41,502 bases of DNA from Gammaproteobacteria bacterium (GTDB lineage: Bacteria > Pseudomonadota > Gammaproteobacteria > Pseudomonadales > Azotimanducaceae): the NCBI GenBank assembly GCA_038139355.1, contig JAYOSS010000002.1, forward strand, positions 1 to 41,502. The letters run 5' to 3'. The notes under the pieces were generated by a model. That model was given only the letters and a program-made list of their open reading frames with translations. It did no database searches and had not been told where the DNA came from. The first letter of the stretch is position 1. The number at the start of each line of letters is the position of its first letter. This document shows positions 26,471 through 38,697 of this stretch, piece by piece. A program made the translations under genes and the position numbers.

Positions 26471-28149
26471 CAGTCGCCAAGGTATTTGTCGGTGACCGCC
26501 CCTTCGCTGGCAGAGCTGACCAACTGCGCGTACTTGGCCAAGGTGCCGCGCTGGGTATAAGGCGCAGGCGCCTGCCAGTTAGCTTTCCGCGCCGCTAGCT
26601 CTTCATCACTGACGTGCAGATTAATCTCGGCTTTTTCCGCGTCCACGGTAATGGTGTCGCCGTCCTCCACTAGAGCAATTGGCCCGCCCAAATGCGCTTC
26701 TGGTGTCACGTGGCCAATCACAAACCCATGGGAGCCGCCGGAAAAACGCCCGTCGGTCAGCAGCGCCACATCCTGAGAAAGACCGCGACCGTTGATGGCG
26801 CTGGTGGGGCTGAGCATTTCGCGCATGCCTGGCCCACCCTTGGGTCCTTCGTAGCGAACAATGACCACATCGCCTTTGACCACGGTGCCATCCATGATGG
26901 CGGCCATGGCCGCTTCTTCGCCATGAAAACACCGGGCGGTGCCGGTAAAGGTCAGTCCTTCGTGGCCGGTGATTTTGGCTACGGCGCCTTCTGGTGCCAG
27001 GTTGCCGCGCAGCACGACCAAGTGGCTGTCTTTCTTAATGGGGTTAGACAGCGGGCGAATGATTTTTTGCTCCGCCGGATAGTCCGCCACATCAGCTAAG
27101 TTTTCCGCCATGGTCTTGCCGGTAACGGTCATGCAGTCACCGTGCAGCAGTCCTTCCTGCAGCAGCGTTTTCATCAGCGGCAAGATACCGCCAATTTCGA
27201 TCAACTCGCTCATGGCATAGACCCCAGCCGGGCGCATGTCTGCTAACACAGGAACACGCTTACCAACGCGGCTGAAATCGTCGATGGTCAGAGGAATGTT
27301 GGCGGCATGGGCAATGGCCAACAAATGCAGCACCGCATTGGTGGAGCCTTCAAGAGCGATGGTCAAGGTAATGGCGTTTTCAAAGGCTTCCCGGCTGAGA
27401 ATATCGCTGGGCTTGATGCCAAGTTTGATCAGGTTGCGCACCGCGGCGCCGGCATTGTAGCTGTCCTGTTTTTTGTCTTGGCTGACCGCGTTTTGCGCGG
27501 AACTACCGGGCAAAGACAGGCCCAAGGCCTCCATGGCAGACGCCATGGTATTGGCGGTGTACATGCCGCCACAGGAACCGGGTCCTGGGATTGCCGTGGC
27601 TTCCACATCCTTTAGCTCAATGTCGGACACAGTTCCTGCGGCGTGGCCGCCGACGGCCTCAAACACCGAGACGATGTCGCGCCGTTCTTTACCGGGCAAA
27701 ATCGTTCCGCCATAAACAAAAACGCTGGGTCGATTCATGCGAGCAATGGCCATACCGCAGGCTGGCATGTTTTTGTCGCAGCCGCCGATGGCCACAAAAC
27801 CGTCAAAGCCCTGGGCGCCCACAACGGTTTCGATGGAATCGGCAATTACCTCCCTAGAGACCAGGGAATAGCGCATGCCAGGGGTACCCATGGAAATGCC
27901 GTCAGACACGGTGATGGTATTGAACAGCACAGATTTAGCCCCGGCTTCGTCCGCACCCATGGCCGCCGCCTCAGCCAGCTCGTTAATGTGCATGTTGCAG
28001 GGGGTGACCATGCTCCATGTAGAAGCAATACCAATTTGCGGCTTGTTAAAGTCCTCGGCAGTAAAGCCGGTGGGATACAGCATGGCCCGGCTGGGGGCTT
28101 GTTCCACTCCATCAACAACAATGGAGCTATAGGGGCGTTCTTCAGCCAT
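26470..28149 (-). CDS. ilvD: Dihydroxy-acid dehydratase
   Basis: [64 protein letters not shown]. Confidence 0.97.
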   Translation of the reverse strand: MAEERPYSSIVVDGVEQAPSRAMLYPTGFTAEDFNKPQIGIASTWSMVTPCNMHINELAEAAAMGADEAGAKSVLFNTITVSDGISMGTPGMRYSLVSREVIADSIETVVGAQGFDGFVAIGGCDKNMPACGMAIARMNRPSVFVYGGTILPGKERRDIVSVFEAVGGHAAGTVSDIELKDVEATAIPGPGSCGGMYTANTMASAMEALGLSLPGSSAQNAVSQDKKQDSYNAGAAVRNLIKLGIKPSDILSREAFENAITLTIALEGSTNAVLHLLAIAHAANIPLTIDDFSRVGKRVPVLADMRPAGVYAMSELIEIGGILPLMKTLLQEGLLHGDCMTVTGKTMAENLADVADYPAEQKIIRPLSNPIKKDSHLVVLRGNLAPEGAVAKITGHEGLTFTGTARCFHGEEAAMAAIMDGTVVKGDVVIVRYEGPKGGPGMREMLSPTSAINGRGLSQDVALLTDGRFSGGSHGFVIGHVTPEAHLGGPIALVEDGDTITVDAEKAEINLHVSDEELAARKANWQAPAPYTQRGTLAKYAQLVSSASEGAVTDKYLGD

Positions 28150-28178
28150 GAGATTTCCTCAGTTAAACGTTGGGGTGT

Positions 28179-29477
28179 CTACCCCAAGGGTTTGAACAGC
28201 ACTTTGGAGCCGCGCTGCCAGTTGTAAAGAGATTGTCGGCTTTGGGGTAACTGTTCGACGTCGCCACTGATAAAACCCCGTTCGGCAAACCATTCTTGTG
28301 TTTGAGTCGTCAGCACAAAGAGCTGACTCGCGCCCAATTGCCGGGCCCGTTGCTCTGCGGCTTTCAGCAAGTTGGCGCCAATTGCCACGCCAGCGCTGCC
28401 GCGTCGGTACAGGTCGCTGACCGCGACGCAGGCCAGTTCCGCATAGTCCGCTTCGGGGTAAACCGCGCAGCAGCCAACGGTAACGCCATCCACTTCGGCC
28501 ACCAGAAAATGGGTGATTTCTTGTTCTAGACGATCCCGAGAACGCCTGACTAAGGCGCCGCTTTCCTCCAGCGGACGAATGATTTCCACAATGTCCGCCA
28601 CGTCATTCAAGCCTGCTGCTCTGACCGGGTGGGCGCGTTCCTCAATCACCTGGGTGCCTACGCCGTCAGCAGTAAACAGCTCTTGCAACAAGCCCCCGTC
28701 GATTTCGTAGGAAATTTGATGCGCTTTTTTGACCCCTGCGCGCACGGCTCGGGCCATGGCGGCGAAGCGCAATGCGGTGGTGTCTGAGAGTTTGTCTAGA
28801 TGCGCTTCAAGAGAGCTAGGAGTTACGGTGCCTTCTCTTGTGCCCTGAGAGGTCGTCAGGTGCTCGGCCTGATCGAAGAAAATTACCTTGTCTGCACCCA
28901 GCGCAATGCTGATGTCTGCGGTGAGTTCCTCAGAAGCAAGATTGAAGGCTTGGCCAGAACCGGAAAATCCCAGTGGCGACTGCAACACAATGTTGCCTGT
29001 ATCCAACAGCTGATTGATCCGTTGTACTTCCAAGTGCCGCAATTGACCGGTGAGCAGATGATCCACGCCGTCAATAACGCCAACGGGTTTGGCGGTGACA
29101 AAGTTGCCGGATACCACGCTGACATTGACGGTATGCAGTGGCGTATTGGGCAACCCGGTTGAGAACAGGCCTTCCAGCTGACTGCGCAGCAAACCATACA
29201 GCCCTGTCACCGTGTCCATGTCCTCGGGTCGAGTGACGCGTCGGTTATGATGGGACTTGGAGGCAGGCAACGCCGCATCGAGCTGTGGGCGACCGCCATG
29301 CACCAGCACGAGGCGCACGCCCAAAACGTTGAGCAGCGCCAAATCGTGAACGATGTTGGTCAGGTTGGGATGAGCCATAGCATCACCGCCCAGGAAGACC
29401 ACGAACGTCTTGCTTCGATGGGCGCTGATGTAGGGGGTTGAGCCCCGAAACCACTGAGAATAATCGTTAGTATTCAT
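28179..29477 (-). CDS. argA: N-acetylglutamate synthase (AAK plus GNAT domains)
   Basis: PYI.AHR.KTFV, LVHGGRPQ, ELFT.DG.GT, LIRP-like IIRPLEE.G.LVRRSR, LFVLTT, YNWQR.SKV. Confidence 0.95.
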   Translation of the reverse strand: MNTNDYSQWFRGSTPYISAHRSKTFVVFLGGDAMAHPNLTNIVHDLALLNVLGVRLVLVHGGRPQLDAALPASKSHHNRRVTRPEDMDTVTGLYGLLRSQLEGLFSTGLPNTPLHTVNVSVVSGNFVTAKPVGVIDGVDHLLTGQLRHLEVQRINQLLDTGNIVLQSPLGFSGSGQAFNLASEELTADISIALGADKVIFFDQAEHLTTSQGTREGTVTPSSLEAHLDKLSDTTALRFAAMARAVRAGVKKAHQISYEIDGGLLQELFTADGVGTQVIEERAHPVRAAGLNDVADIVEIIRPLEESGALVRRSRDRLEQEITHFLVAEVDGVTVGCCAVYPEADYAELACVAVSDLYRRGSAGVAIGANLLKAAEQRARQLGASQLFVLTTQTQEWFAERGFISGDVEQLPQSRQSLYNWQRGSKVLFKPLG

Positions 29478-29480
29478 AAG

Positions 29481-30638
29481 CTAGGCCAAACAAAAGCGTT
29501 GAATAACGCTGCGCAGTGTATCGGTAGCAGGCCCAAGCTGGCTCTTGTCCAAATACTCATTGGGCTGATGCGCTTGGTCGATGCTGCCCGGCCCCCAAAC
29601 CACGGTTTCCATGCCCAGGGTCTGCATAAAGTGCGCTTCGGTACCGAAAGCAACGGTGCCGGGTTGATTGCCACTGAGATTGCTCAAGGTCTGCACTAGG
29701 GCGCCGTTGGGATCGGTCTCAAAAGGTGGGATCGGCGGGTAGGCTTTATCCAATCGTAGGCTGACCCCCAGATTGCTGACCACCTGTTGAATCCGCTGCT
29801 CCAGTTGCTCATGTACCAGATCTGAATCCATGCCAGGCAGCAGGCGCAAATCGATTTGCAGTTCTGCGTGGCCACAAATGCGGTTTGGATTGTCACCGGC
29901 GCGCATGCAGCCCAAGTTCATGGTGGGAATGTTCACCGCAAAAGCGTCATTGCATGCGCTGGCTGCCAGTTCCTCACGCAGGCGAATCAACTCGCTCATC
30001 ACGGCGTGCATAGCGTCTAGTGCATTGGCTCCAAGACTGGGATCAGATGAATGACCGGATGCACCCTCGATCTTGATCGACATCATGCTGATGCCCTTAT
30101 GGGCGAAAATCGGTTGCATAGCCGTCGGCTCGCCGATGATGGCGTAGTCGGCCTTGGGCTTGCCGCTTTCCAAAAGGTATTGGGCGCCGGCCATGGACGA
30201 TTCCTCGTCAGAGGTTGCGACCAGGGTCAGGGGGGCGCTGAGTTGCTGCTTGCTAAACGTGGCGGCGGCTTCAAGGGCAACCGGGAAAAACCCTTTCATA
30301 TCGCAACTGCCGAGGCCGTAGTAGCGGTCCTGATGGTCCTTGATGGTAAACGGATCGCTGTCCCACAACGCTTCGTCGAAGGGCACTGTATCGGTATGAC
30401 CGGCCAAAACCACACCGCCTAAGCCATCATTGATGTTGCCGCCTAAGGTTGCGATCAGATTGGCTTTATCTGGACGATGGGGCAGGGGCATGACCTGGGT
30501 ATGAAAACCCAGGTCGTTCAACCAGTTGGCCAGATGCTCAATTACCCGCAGATTGCTGCGGTCAATTTCCGGCGATGTAGAGCTGACAGACGGCTCCGCG
30601 ACCAGTTGGGTCAGCATCTCGTGAAAAGTTGGCAGCAA
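29481..30638 (-). CDS. argE: Acetylornithine deacetylase
   Basis: Probable TTG start at 30638 after AGGA (alternative ATG at 30617); GHTDTVP, GLGSCDMKGF, DEE, IIGEPT, GHSS.P, FGTEA, GPGSIDQAHQPNEY. Confidence 0.93.
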   Translation of the reverse strand: MLPTFHEMLTQLVAEPSVSSTSPEIDRSNLRVIEHLANWLNDLGFHTQVMPLPHRPDKANLIATLGGNINDGLGGVVLAGHTDTVPFDEALWDSDPFTIKDHQDRYYGLGSCDMKGFFPVALEAAATFSKQQLSAPLTLVATSDEESSMAGAQYLLESGKPKADYAIIGEPTAMQPIFAHKGISMMSIKIEGASGHSSDPSLGANALDAMHAVMSELIRLREELAASACNDAFAVNIPTMNLGCMRAGDNPNRICGHAELQIDLRLLPGMDSDLVHEQLEQRIQQVVSNLGVSLRLDKAYPPIPPFETDPNGALVQTLSNLSGNQPGTVAFGTEAHFMQTLGMETVVWGPGSIDQAHQPNEYLDKSQLGPATDTLRSVIQRFCLA

Positions 30639-30675
30639 GGAAATGTCCTGAAATTGTAAGCGGGCTATTGTATGC

Positions 30676-31623
30676 CTAACCCTTGCGGTAAAACGAGTCT
30701 TGCCCCGGCGGGCGGGTCTTAAAACGGCGGTGCATCCACAGATACTGATCCGGCACCTCGCGCAGGGTTTCTTCCAGCAGCGCATTCAGGCGGGCAGCGC
30801 CAATCTGAGCATCCTCTTGGGCAAAGTTCTCAAGCAAAGGGCTAAAGCGCAGGGTCCAAGTGCGCTGCTGCATATCTCGTATTTGATGCAGCATGAGCAC
30901 TGGCGATTGATTGCGTTGAGCCAACCGAGAGGCCACGGTAATGGTGGCGGTGGGTATGCCAAAAAACGGCGCAAACACCGAATGTTTGGGGCCATAGTCC
31001 TGATCCGCGGCGTACCACATGGCTCGTCCGGCCTGTAGACGTCGAATAATTTGGCGCATATCACTGCGTTCTACGACACCGTCAAAATAGTGTCGTCGCC
31101 CACGGGTTTGCAGCCATTCCCAAACCGGGTTTTTGTTGCGCCGGTACATGACGTCTACAAAACCCAGCTGAGCTAAAAACTGACCGGTAACGTCGATGGT
31201 GGTGTAGTGGGCCCCCACCAGCACCACGCCTTTGCCCTGGGCCTGCGCCTGTTGTAGGTGCTGCAAACCTTCCACTCGATAGTGCTTGGTTAAATCTCGC
31301 TGCGGATTTAACCAAGCCAAAGCGGTTTCTACCGTGCCAACCCCGGTATGAGCAAAATTGCTGCGCACCAGTTGCTGTTGGGCGTCATCATCCAGGTTCG
31401 GAAAACAGTGGCGAATATTGACCTGAGTAATATGGCGACGGGAGCGCGCCAAGTGAAAGGCCAGCAAGCCAATAGCGCGGCCAAGGGCAAAAATCCACGC
31501 CATGGGCAGCCGGGCAATACACCACATGACGATGACCACCAGCCAAACCGGCCAATAGATTGGCGCAAACATACCCAGCGAAAGGGTTTGCTGCTGCGAT
31601 GATTGCTGTTGAGAGTTGCCCAT
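30676..31623 (-). CDS. lpxL: Lipid A secondary (lauroyl) acyltransferase, HtrB/LpxL family
   Basis: RRHIT.VNI..CFP, H-x4-D catalytic motif (HYTTID), YAADQDYGP, FAPFFG, PDQYLWMHRRFKTRP. Confidence 0.92.
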   Translation of the reverse strand: MGNSQQQSSQQQTLSLGMFAPIYWPVWLVVIVMWCIARLPMAWIFALGRAIGLLAFHLARSRRHITQVNIRHCFPNLDDDAQQQLVRSNFAHTGVGTVETALAWLNPQRDLTKHYRVEGLQHLQQAQAQGKGVVLVGAHYTTIDVTGQFLAQLGFVDVMYRRNKNPVWEWLQTRGRRHYFDGVVERSDMRQIIRRLQAGRAMWYAADQDYGPKHSVFAPFFGIPTATITVASRLAQRNQSPVLMLHQIRDMQQRTWTLRFSPLLENFAQEDAQIGAARLNALLEETLREVPDQYLWMHRRFKTRPPGQDSFYRKG

Positions 31624-31716
31624 CGGCGGATGGTAACGGTTTTGACGACGCTTCTCTAAGGCTCCCGGCCCGGTGGTTAGCTCTGCTACCATGCAAGGCT
31701 GCTCAGCGAGGTACGC

Positions 31717-32424
31717 GTGCTCCAATCTTTACTCAACAGTGTTGCGGCTTTATCACCTGACGGCGGTCATATACTGGTGGTGGGAGATCTGTGGATACGC
31801 CATGAGGATAAACGTGCGGCGGACGCAAATCCGCTGGGTCACTGCAGCGCGGGTTTGCTGGCCATAGCCCTTGCCGATCAAGGTCATGACGTTACCTTAG
31901 TGGGATTTGTTGGTGACGATGAGCTGGCAGACCGCATCGAGGCGGAGTTGGCAAAAGCCCGGGTCAGCGTCGATCTATTGCATATAAAGCAGTGGACAAC
32001 CTTTACCGATGCCGACCTTGAGCTTACAGCGGCGCAGACACGACCCAGCCAAGAAGAAACGAGGCGACAGCGGCGTCACCAAGATGAGCGAGCCTTACCC
32101 ATTGATGGCATGAGCGAATATCAGGCCCATTTGCAAAACCGGGCCGAGCGCTATCTCACCAACGCGGGGGCATTGGTGTTGGTGGATCACGATTTAGGCA
32201 GCATTGCTGAACCCAGAGCCTTGGTTTTTGTGGCTAATGGTTTGGGTCGGCCCAGCGTGGCGGTGCTGGGTTGTGCCGAGCGTGCAGATCGATACGCTGA
32301 GGCTAACTGCCGCGTTGATATTGCTCTAGACGATGTCAGTGCCGGGGTTGCTCAAGCCCTTAGCGCCCTCCAGACCTTTGGCCTAGCGCTGAGAAGCAAT
32401 AACCCAATGGGAGACGGTGTATGA
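31717..32424 (+). CDS. Degenerate, truncated PfkB/HldE(RfaE)-kinase-like protein
   Basis: ILVVGDL, LVGFVGDDELA and GALVLVDHDLGSI align by eye with the N-terminal half of the HldE kinase; GAGG RBS; ATGA overlap with waaA; no GAGD motif. Confidence 0.68.
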   Translation: MLQSLLNSVAALSPDGGHILVVGDLWIRHEDKRAADANPLGHCSAGLLAIALADQGHDVTLVGFVGDDELADRIEAELAKARVSVDLLHIKQWTTFTDADLELTAAQTRPSQEETRRQRRHQDERALPIDGMSEYQAHLQNRAERYLTNAGALVLVDHDLGSIAEPRALVFVANGLGRPSVAVLGCAERADRYAEANCRVDIALDDVSAGVAQALSALQTFGLALRSNNPMGDGV

Positions 32425-33761
32425 GGGTGCCAGGTTATCTGGGTCTCTGGGTCTACCGCTGCGTGCTGATTTTAGCCCTGCCGCTGGTGCTTCTGCGGCT
32501 GTTGTGGCGAGGGCAGATGGATCCCGCGTATCAAAGCCGTTGGAAAGAACGGTTTGGGTTTTACGGCGCTAAATTAACTCAGGGGCCTGTATGGTTTCAT
32601 ACCGTATCCGCTGGCGAGACCATTGCTGCGGCACCGACGATCAGAGCCCTGTCAGAACGCTACGGCCAAGGTGAATCGGCTACGCCATTTTTGGTAACCA
32701 CCATGACGCCCACGGGCAGTGCACAGGTTGCTGCGTTGCTGGGTGACGTGGTGGAACACTGCTACGCCCCCTATGACTTCACCTTTGCGGTGCGGCGTTT
32801 TCTGCAGCACGCCCGACCCAAGGCCTTGGTGCTGATGGAAACCGAAATTTGGCCCACGCTGATTTTGGAAGCCAAGGCTTTGGGTATTCCCGTGATTTTG
32901 ATGAACGCGCGGTTGTCAGAAAAATCTGCTCTGGGTTATCGCCGGGTCGATTGGTTGGTGGGTCCGGTCTTTCGGGCTTTGGATCTGGTCGCTTGCCAGA
33001 CACCAGAGCACGTCCAGCGTTTTGCCAATCTGGGTGTCACTGGCGATCAGCTGCATCTGGTTGGCAACGTGAAGTACGACCTGCAGGTGCCGGAGGATAT
33101 TGGCGAGCGGACCCAGCAACAGCGCCAACGTCTGGGTTTGGATGGCAGGCGCGCTTGGATCGCGGCGTCCACCCATCCCGGTGAGGAGGAGCAGGTACTG
33201 CGGGCCCATCGCCAAGCCTGCCAAGAGCTGCCAAATCTCACCTTGTTGTTAGCGCCTCGGCACCCGCATCGAGCAGCAGAACTCGAGCCCTTACTGGACC
33301 GAACCGCCGCGGAGCTGGGTGGTGATTGGTGCTTGTACAGCGAATTGGTCAGCAACAGCCGACCAGGAGGGTCTCGACCCTGGAGCGTGATCTTGATCGA
33401 TCAAATGGGTGTGCTTATGCCCCTATATAGAGTGGCAGAAGTTGCCTTTGTTGGCGGAACCTTAGTGCCTCGGGGCGGACACAATCCTATCGAGCCTGCC
33501 AGTTTGCGAACGCCAGTCATCGCTGGGCCACACAACTTCAACTTTGCTCAAGTCTATGCAGACCTCAGCGCCGCAGGCGCATCTCGTCAGGTGACACAGG
33601 AAACCTTTGCCAACATTTTGATGGAGTTACTCAACGATGGGGCTAAACGCCAGCAGATGGGCGCTGCCGGCGATGCGGTGGTGCAGGCCAATAAAGGCGC
33701 CATGCAGCGCAGTATTGAGCTGATGCAGCCGGTACTCCAAAACCTCGTTGGCTTGGACTAG
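32421..33761 (+). CDS. waaA: 3-deoxy-D-manno-octulosonic acid (Kdo) transferase
   Basis: WFHTVSAGE, TTMTPTG, YAPYD, METEIWP, NARLSEKS, GNVKYD, AASTHPGEE, APRHP.R, GGHNPIEPA. Confidence 0.96.
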   Translation: MRVPGYLGLWVYRCVLILALPLVLLRLLWRGQMDPAYQSRWKERFGFYGAKLTQGPVWFHTVSAGETIAAAPTIRALSERYGQGESATPFLVTTMTPTGSAQVAALLGDVVEHCYAPYDFTFAVRRFLQHARPKALVLMETEIWPTLILEAKALGIPVILMNARLSEKSALGYRRVDWLVGPVFRALDLVACQTPEHVQRFANLGVTGDQLHLVGNVKYDLQVPEDIGERTQQQRQRLGLDGRRAWIAASTHPGEEEQVLRAHRQACQELPNLTLLLAPRHPHRAAELEPLLDRTAAELGGDWCLYSELVSNSRPGGSRPWSVILIDQMGVLMPLYRVAEVAFVGGTLVPRGGHNPIEPASLRTPVIAGPHNFNFAQVYADLSAAGASRQVTQETFANILMELLNDGAKRQQMGAAGDAVVQANKGAMQRSIELMQPVLQNLVGLD

Positions 33762-35164
33762 TTGAGTCTGGCGGACTGGCGCAAAGAGACCAGACGTTCA
33801 ACAGGCTTGGCGCGGTCCATAAATGTGTTCATTTCTTCTAGGTCAGCGCCGTTCAGCAGTCCGGTTTGCTGCTTAAGTCGCAGCAGGTTCAGCAGATAGG
33901 TATAGCGAGAATCCGCGTAAGCGAATTGAGAGTCGTAAAGCCGTTGTTGGGCTTGAAGTACATCCACAATATTACGCGTGCCCACTTCGTATCCCGTTTC
34001 TGTGGCCTCTAAAGCAGAGGCAGCGGATCGAATGGACTTTAAGCGCGCCTGCACTCTGGCAACGTCGGTTGTGACAGACTTGTATAGGCTGCGAGTATTG
34101 CGGACGACCGAGCGCTGCTGATTCAACAGTTGCTCTTTGGCCTGTTCTACCCGAGCCGAGCCTTCTCTTACCTGAGACGTCGTGCGACCACCCTGAAAAA
34201 CAGGGATGTTCAGCTGCAAACCGTAAATAGTCGTTTCGCTTTCTTCTGGGCTGAAGCTGCGGGTCAGCGGGTTGCCATTGTTGTTGTTGCTGTGGGTAAC
34301 GGTGGCATCCACCGTTGGCAGGTGCCCGGATAACCGCGCCTTTTTGTCCTGCTGAGCTGCACTGAGTTGTTCCAGTGCGGCCTTGATGCCCAGATTGGCA
34401 CTCAGCGCCGCTGCAACCCAGGCTTCCTCGTCCAACGGATCCGGGTTCACGATAGGCAGTGATTCGGACAAGGTAGCCAGTTGGTCGTAGTCCCGGCCGG
34501 TCAAGGTGCGTAGGGTTTCAAAACTGATGTAGTGGTCGGTTTCTGCTTGAATCTGTCGGACCAAGGCCGCGTCGTAGGCAGCCTGAGATTCCAGCACATC
34601 GGTAATAGCAACCAGTCCAACGTCGAAACGCTGCTGTACCTGCTCCAGTTGGCGCCGCACTGCAGTGACCTCGGCATTGGTGGTATCTAATCGGTCTCGG
34701 GTGCGCAGAATATTCAGGTAGGCTTCGGCTACCCGCACGATCAGATCCTGTTCTTGAGCTTCTAGCGCAAACGACGATGCCTTGACGAAGGCTTTGGCGC
34801 TGCTGTAACCAAACCAGCTGGACAAATTGACTACCGGCTGTGAGAACTGGGCGCTCCAGCTATTGTCGTTGTATCCATCTTCCAGTAGGCGCACTTCGGG
34901 GCCATCTAAGCCCGGCAGCTTAGTTTCAGTCTTGCTGGTGCTGACGCGACTAAACACTGATGGCAACAGCGCGGATCGCGCTTGAGGCACACGCTCCTTG
35001 TCCGCGCGATAAGACGCACGCGCAGCGCCAATGGTGGCATCGTTATCTTTGGCCGCAACAAAGACGTCTACCAGATCCTCGGCGTATGCGGGCGTGCTTA
35101 AAACCCCAAGCACCAGTGTCGATAGCACCAGTCGGCGAGCAAAAGCTGAGCAAGATCGTGTCAT
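33758..35164 (-). CDS. tolC: Outer membrane channel TolC
   Basis: Signal peptide (AYA-EDL), ARSALLP, QRFDVGLVAITDV, GHLPT, GYEVGTRNIVDVL; conserved position next to waaA. Confidence 0.94.
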   Translation of the reverse strand: MTRSCSAFARRLVLSTLVLGVLSTPAYAEDLVDVFVAAKDNDATIGAARASYRADKERVPQARSALLPSVFSRVSTSKTETKLPGLDGPEVRLLEDGYNDNSWSAQFSQPVVNLSSWFGYSSAKAFVKASSFALEAQEQDLIVRVAEAYLNILRTRDRLDTTNAEVTAVRRQLEQVQQRFDVGLVAITDVLESQAAYDAALVRQIQAETDHYISFETLRTLTGRDYDQLATLSESLPIVNPDPLDEEAWVAAALSANLGIKAALEQLSAAQQDKKARLSGHLPTVDATVTHSNNNNGNPLTRSFSPEESETTIYGLQLNIPVFQGGRTTSQVREGSARVEQAKEQLLNQQRSVVRNTRSLYKSVTTDVARVQARLKSIRSAASALEATETGYEVGTRNIVDVLQAQQRLYDSQFAYADSRYTYLLNLLRLKQQTGLLNGADLEEMNTFMDRAKPVERLVSLRQSARLN

Positions 35165-35309
35165 TCAAGCGGTTCCTATAGGTCTGTCAGCCCAACGGCC
35201 ACAGAAAAGCAAATTTAGCGCCGATTATGCCTTTGTTGTCGGTGCATGTAACGTGAAGCGCGCAGTGTTTCAAAAGCCTTTGCCCGAGGCTTGTTAGGGC
35301 AATTGGCTC

Positions 35310-35339
35310 ATGACACCGCGGTATCGGGCTGGGTATAGT
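35310..35339 (+). promoter_or_regulatory. Possible sigma70 promoter for yqiB-cpdA-parE-parC
   Basis: ATGACA-18 bp-TATAGT. Confidence 0.4.
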
Positions 35340-35374
35340 ACCGCTTCGCTGAAGCCACATAGACGAGCGGGTCA

Positions 35375-35971
35375 TTGTCAGACAAACGCCCAGAAACAGA
35401 TGCCGATATTCTCAGTCGATCAACGGAACTGAGCTACGACTTTGCCACTGGCGCGCAGCAGCTCGGGCGGCGTTATCACCACGATCTGGCTGGCCACATG
35501 GCCGAGTGCGACACCAATTTTTTGCGTTTGATGCAGCTGTTTCCCAACATGCGCCAGCAAGACTTCAGGTGCGTCATGCTGCTGCCCGGTGCCTCCGGCA
35601 CGCGGGTCGAACTGAAGGTTCTCAAGCGTGGCCCTTATACAACGTTGCTTGAACTGGCCCAGGTGCCCAAGCAAGACTGGGGCAGCAGTCCCAACATGCG
35701 CATTCAGCTGTATCACGATACCAAGAGCGCTGAGGTGGTGGCCTATCAGCATCAGTCCCGATTCCACGGCGCCTACGAATATCCCAACAAGCGCATGCGT
35801 GCGCGCGACGAAAAAGAGCAGCTCAATCGCTTTCTAGGCGAGTACCTGTCGTTGTGCCTAGCTGTGGGCATGAGTCCCGATGGGCTGACTTTGCCAAGTG
35901 CAAACCACGCATCTGACAACCGTCATAAGAGCAATGAAGGTAGTCGCAGCGATAATATTGACAAGGCCTAG
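35375..35971 (+). CDS. yqiB: DUF1249 (YqiB-like) protein; start uncertain
   Basis: C..NF.RL..L, YTT, LYHD...AEV and YPN..M...DEK.QLNRFLGE.L..CL motifs; position upstream of cpdA. Confidence 0.85.
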   Translation: MSDKRPETDADILSRSTELSYDFATGAQQLGRRYHHDLAGHMAECDTNFLRLMQLFPNMRQQDFRCVMLLPGASGTRVELKVLKRGPYTTLLELAQVPKQDWGSSPNMRIQLYHDTKSAEVVAYQHQSRFHGAYEYPNKRMRARDEKEQLNRFLGEYLSLCLAVGMSPDGLTLPSANHASDNRHKSNEGSRSDNIDKA

Positions 35972-35980
35972 TACGACTCA

Positions 35981-36718
35981 GTGCAGCAAACCCTGTTACA
36001 CATCACCGATTGCCATCTAACCCCTGCTGGCCAGCAGCTGCAGAACGTCGACACCAATGCTGGGTTGGACAGGGTCTTGCAGCAGGCGCTGGCAGAAGCT
36101 CAGCCTGACGCCATTATTGCCACCGGAGATCTGGTGCATTCTGGAGGTGTTGAGGTTTATCAACGGTTTTTAGCAGCGGTCACCAGCACATGGGATGCCC
36201 CGCTGTTGTGTGTGCCGGGCAACCACGATTTTTTACAGCAGATGTTGGCCGCGGGTTTGCCCATGGAACCGTTACAGCTAGATGGTTGGTCCATTGTTGG
36301 TTTGGATTCCCATGGCGATGATGAGCCCAAGGCTCAAGTGGATGACAAAAGGCGCCAAGATCTGCAGCAACGTTGGCATCAGCAGCCGGGTCGCCATGGG
36401 TTGCTGGCCACCCATCATCCGCTGTTAAGCATTGGTGCGCCGTGGTTGGATAAAGACCGCATTGAAGATCCCGAGACATTGTTAGATGGTCTAATGGATG
36501 GCCCCGGGCCGGATTACGCCGGTGCTATCTTTGGTCACGCGCACCAAGAAATTAACGCCCACTATCGAGGAGTGCCGTTGTTCGGTACTCCAGCTACGGC
36601 GTTCCAGTTTCAGCCGCGCAGCCAAGTATTTTCCATGGGCAGTTTGACGCCGGGTTATCGCTGGCTGACATTGCATGATGATGGTTCGGTGACCAGTAAG
36701 GTTCGGTGGGTGCATTAG
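35981..36718 (+). CDS. cpdA: 3',5'-cyclic-nucleotide phosphodiesterase (Icc/CpdA metallophosphoesterase)
   Basis: TDCH, TGDL, PGNHD, HHP, GHAHQ and QFQP…PGYRWL.L motifs. Confidence 0.9.
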   Translation: MQQTLLHITDCHLTPAGQQLQNVDTNAGLDRVLQQALAEAQPDAIIATGDLVHSGGVEVYQRFLAAVTSTWDAPLLCVPGNHDFLQQMLAAGLPMEPLQLDGWSIVGLDSHGDDEPKAQVDDKRRQDLQQRWHQQPGRHGLLATHHPLLSIGAPWLDKDRIEDPETLLDGLMDGPGPDYAGAIFGHAHQEINAHYRGVPLFGTPATAFQFQPRSQVFSMGSLTPGYRWLTLHDDGSVTSKVRWVH

Positions 36719-36737
36719 CGCCTGGTGTATTTTTTAA

Positions 36738-38648
<1,911 letters not shown>

Positions 38649-38697
38649 GCGGCAGATCCCAGAACAATGAACGAACAAACCAACAGGCATTTATCCC

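Noticed and set aside
35165-35374. TPP riboswitch or thiC remnant next to tolC, as in some pseudomonads
   Set aside because: No GCTGAGA or CCTGA..TAAT consensus on either strand.
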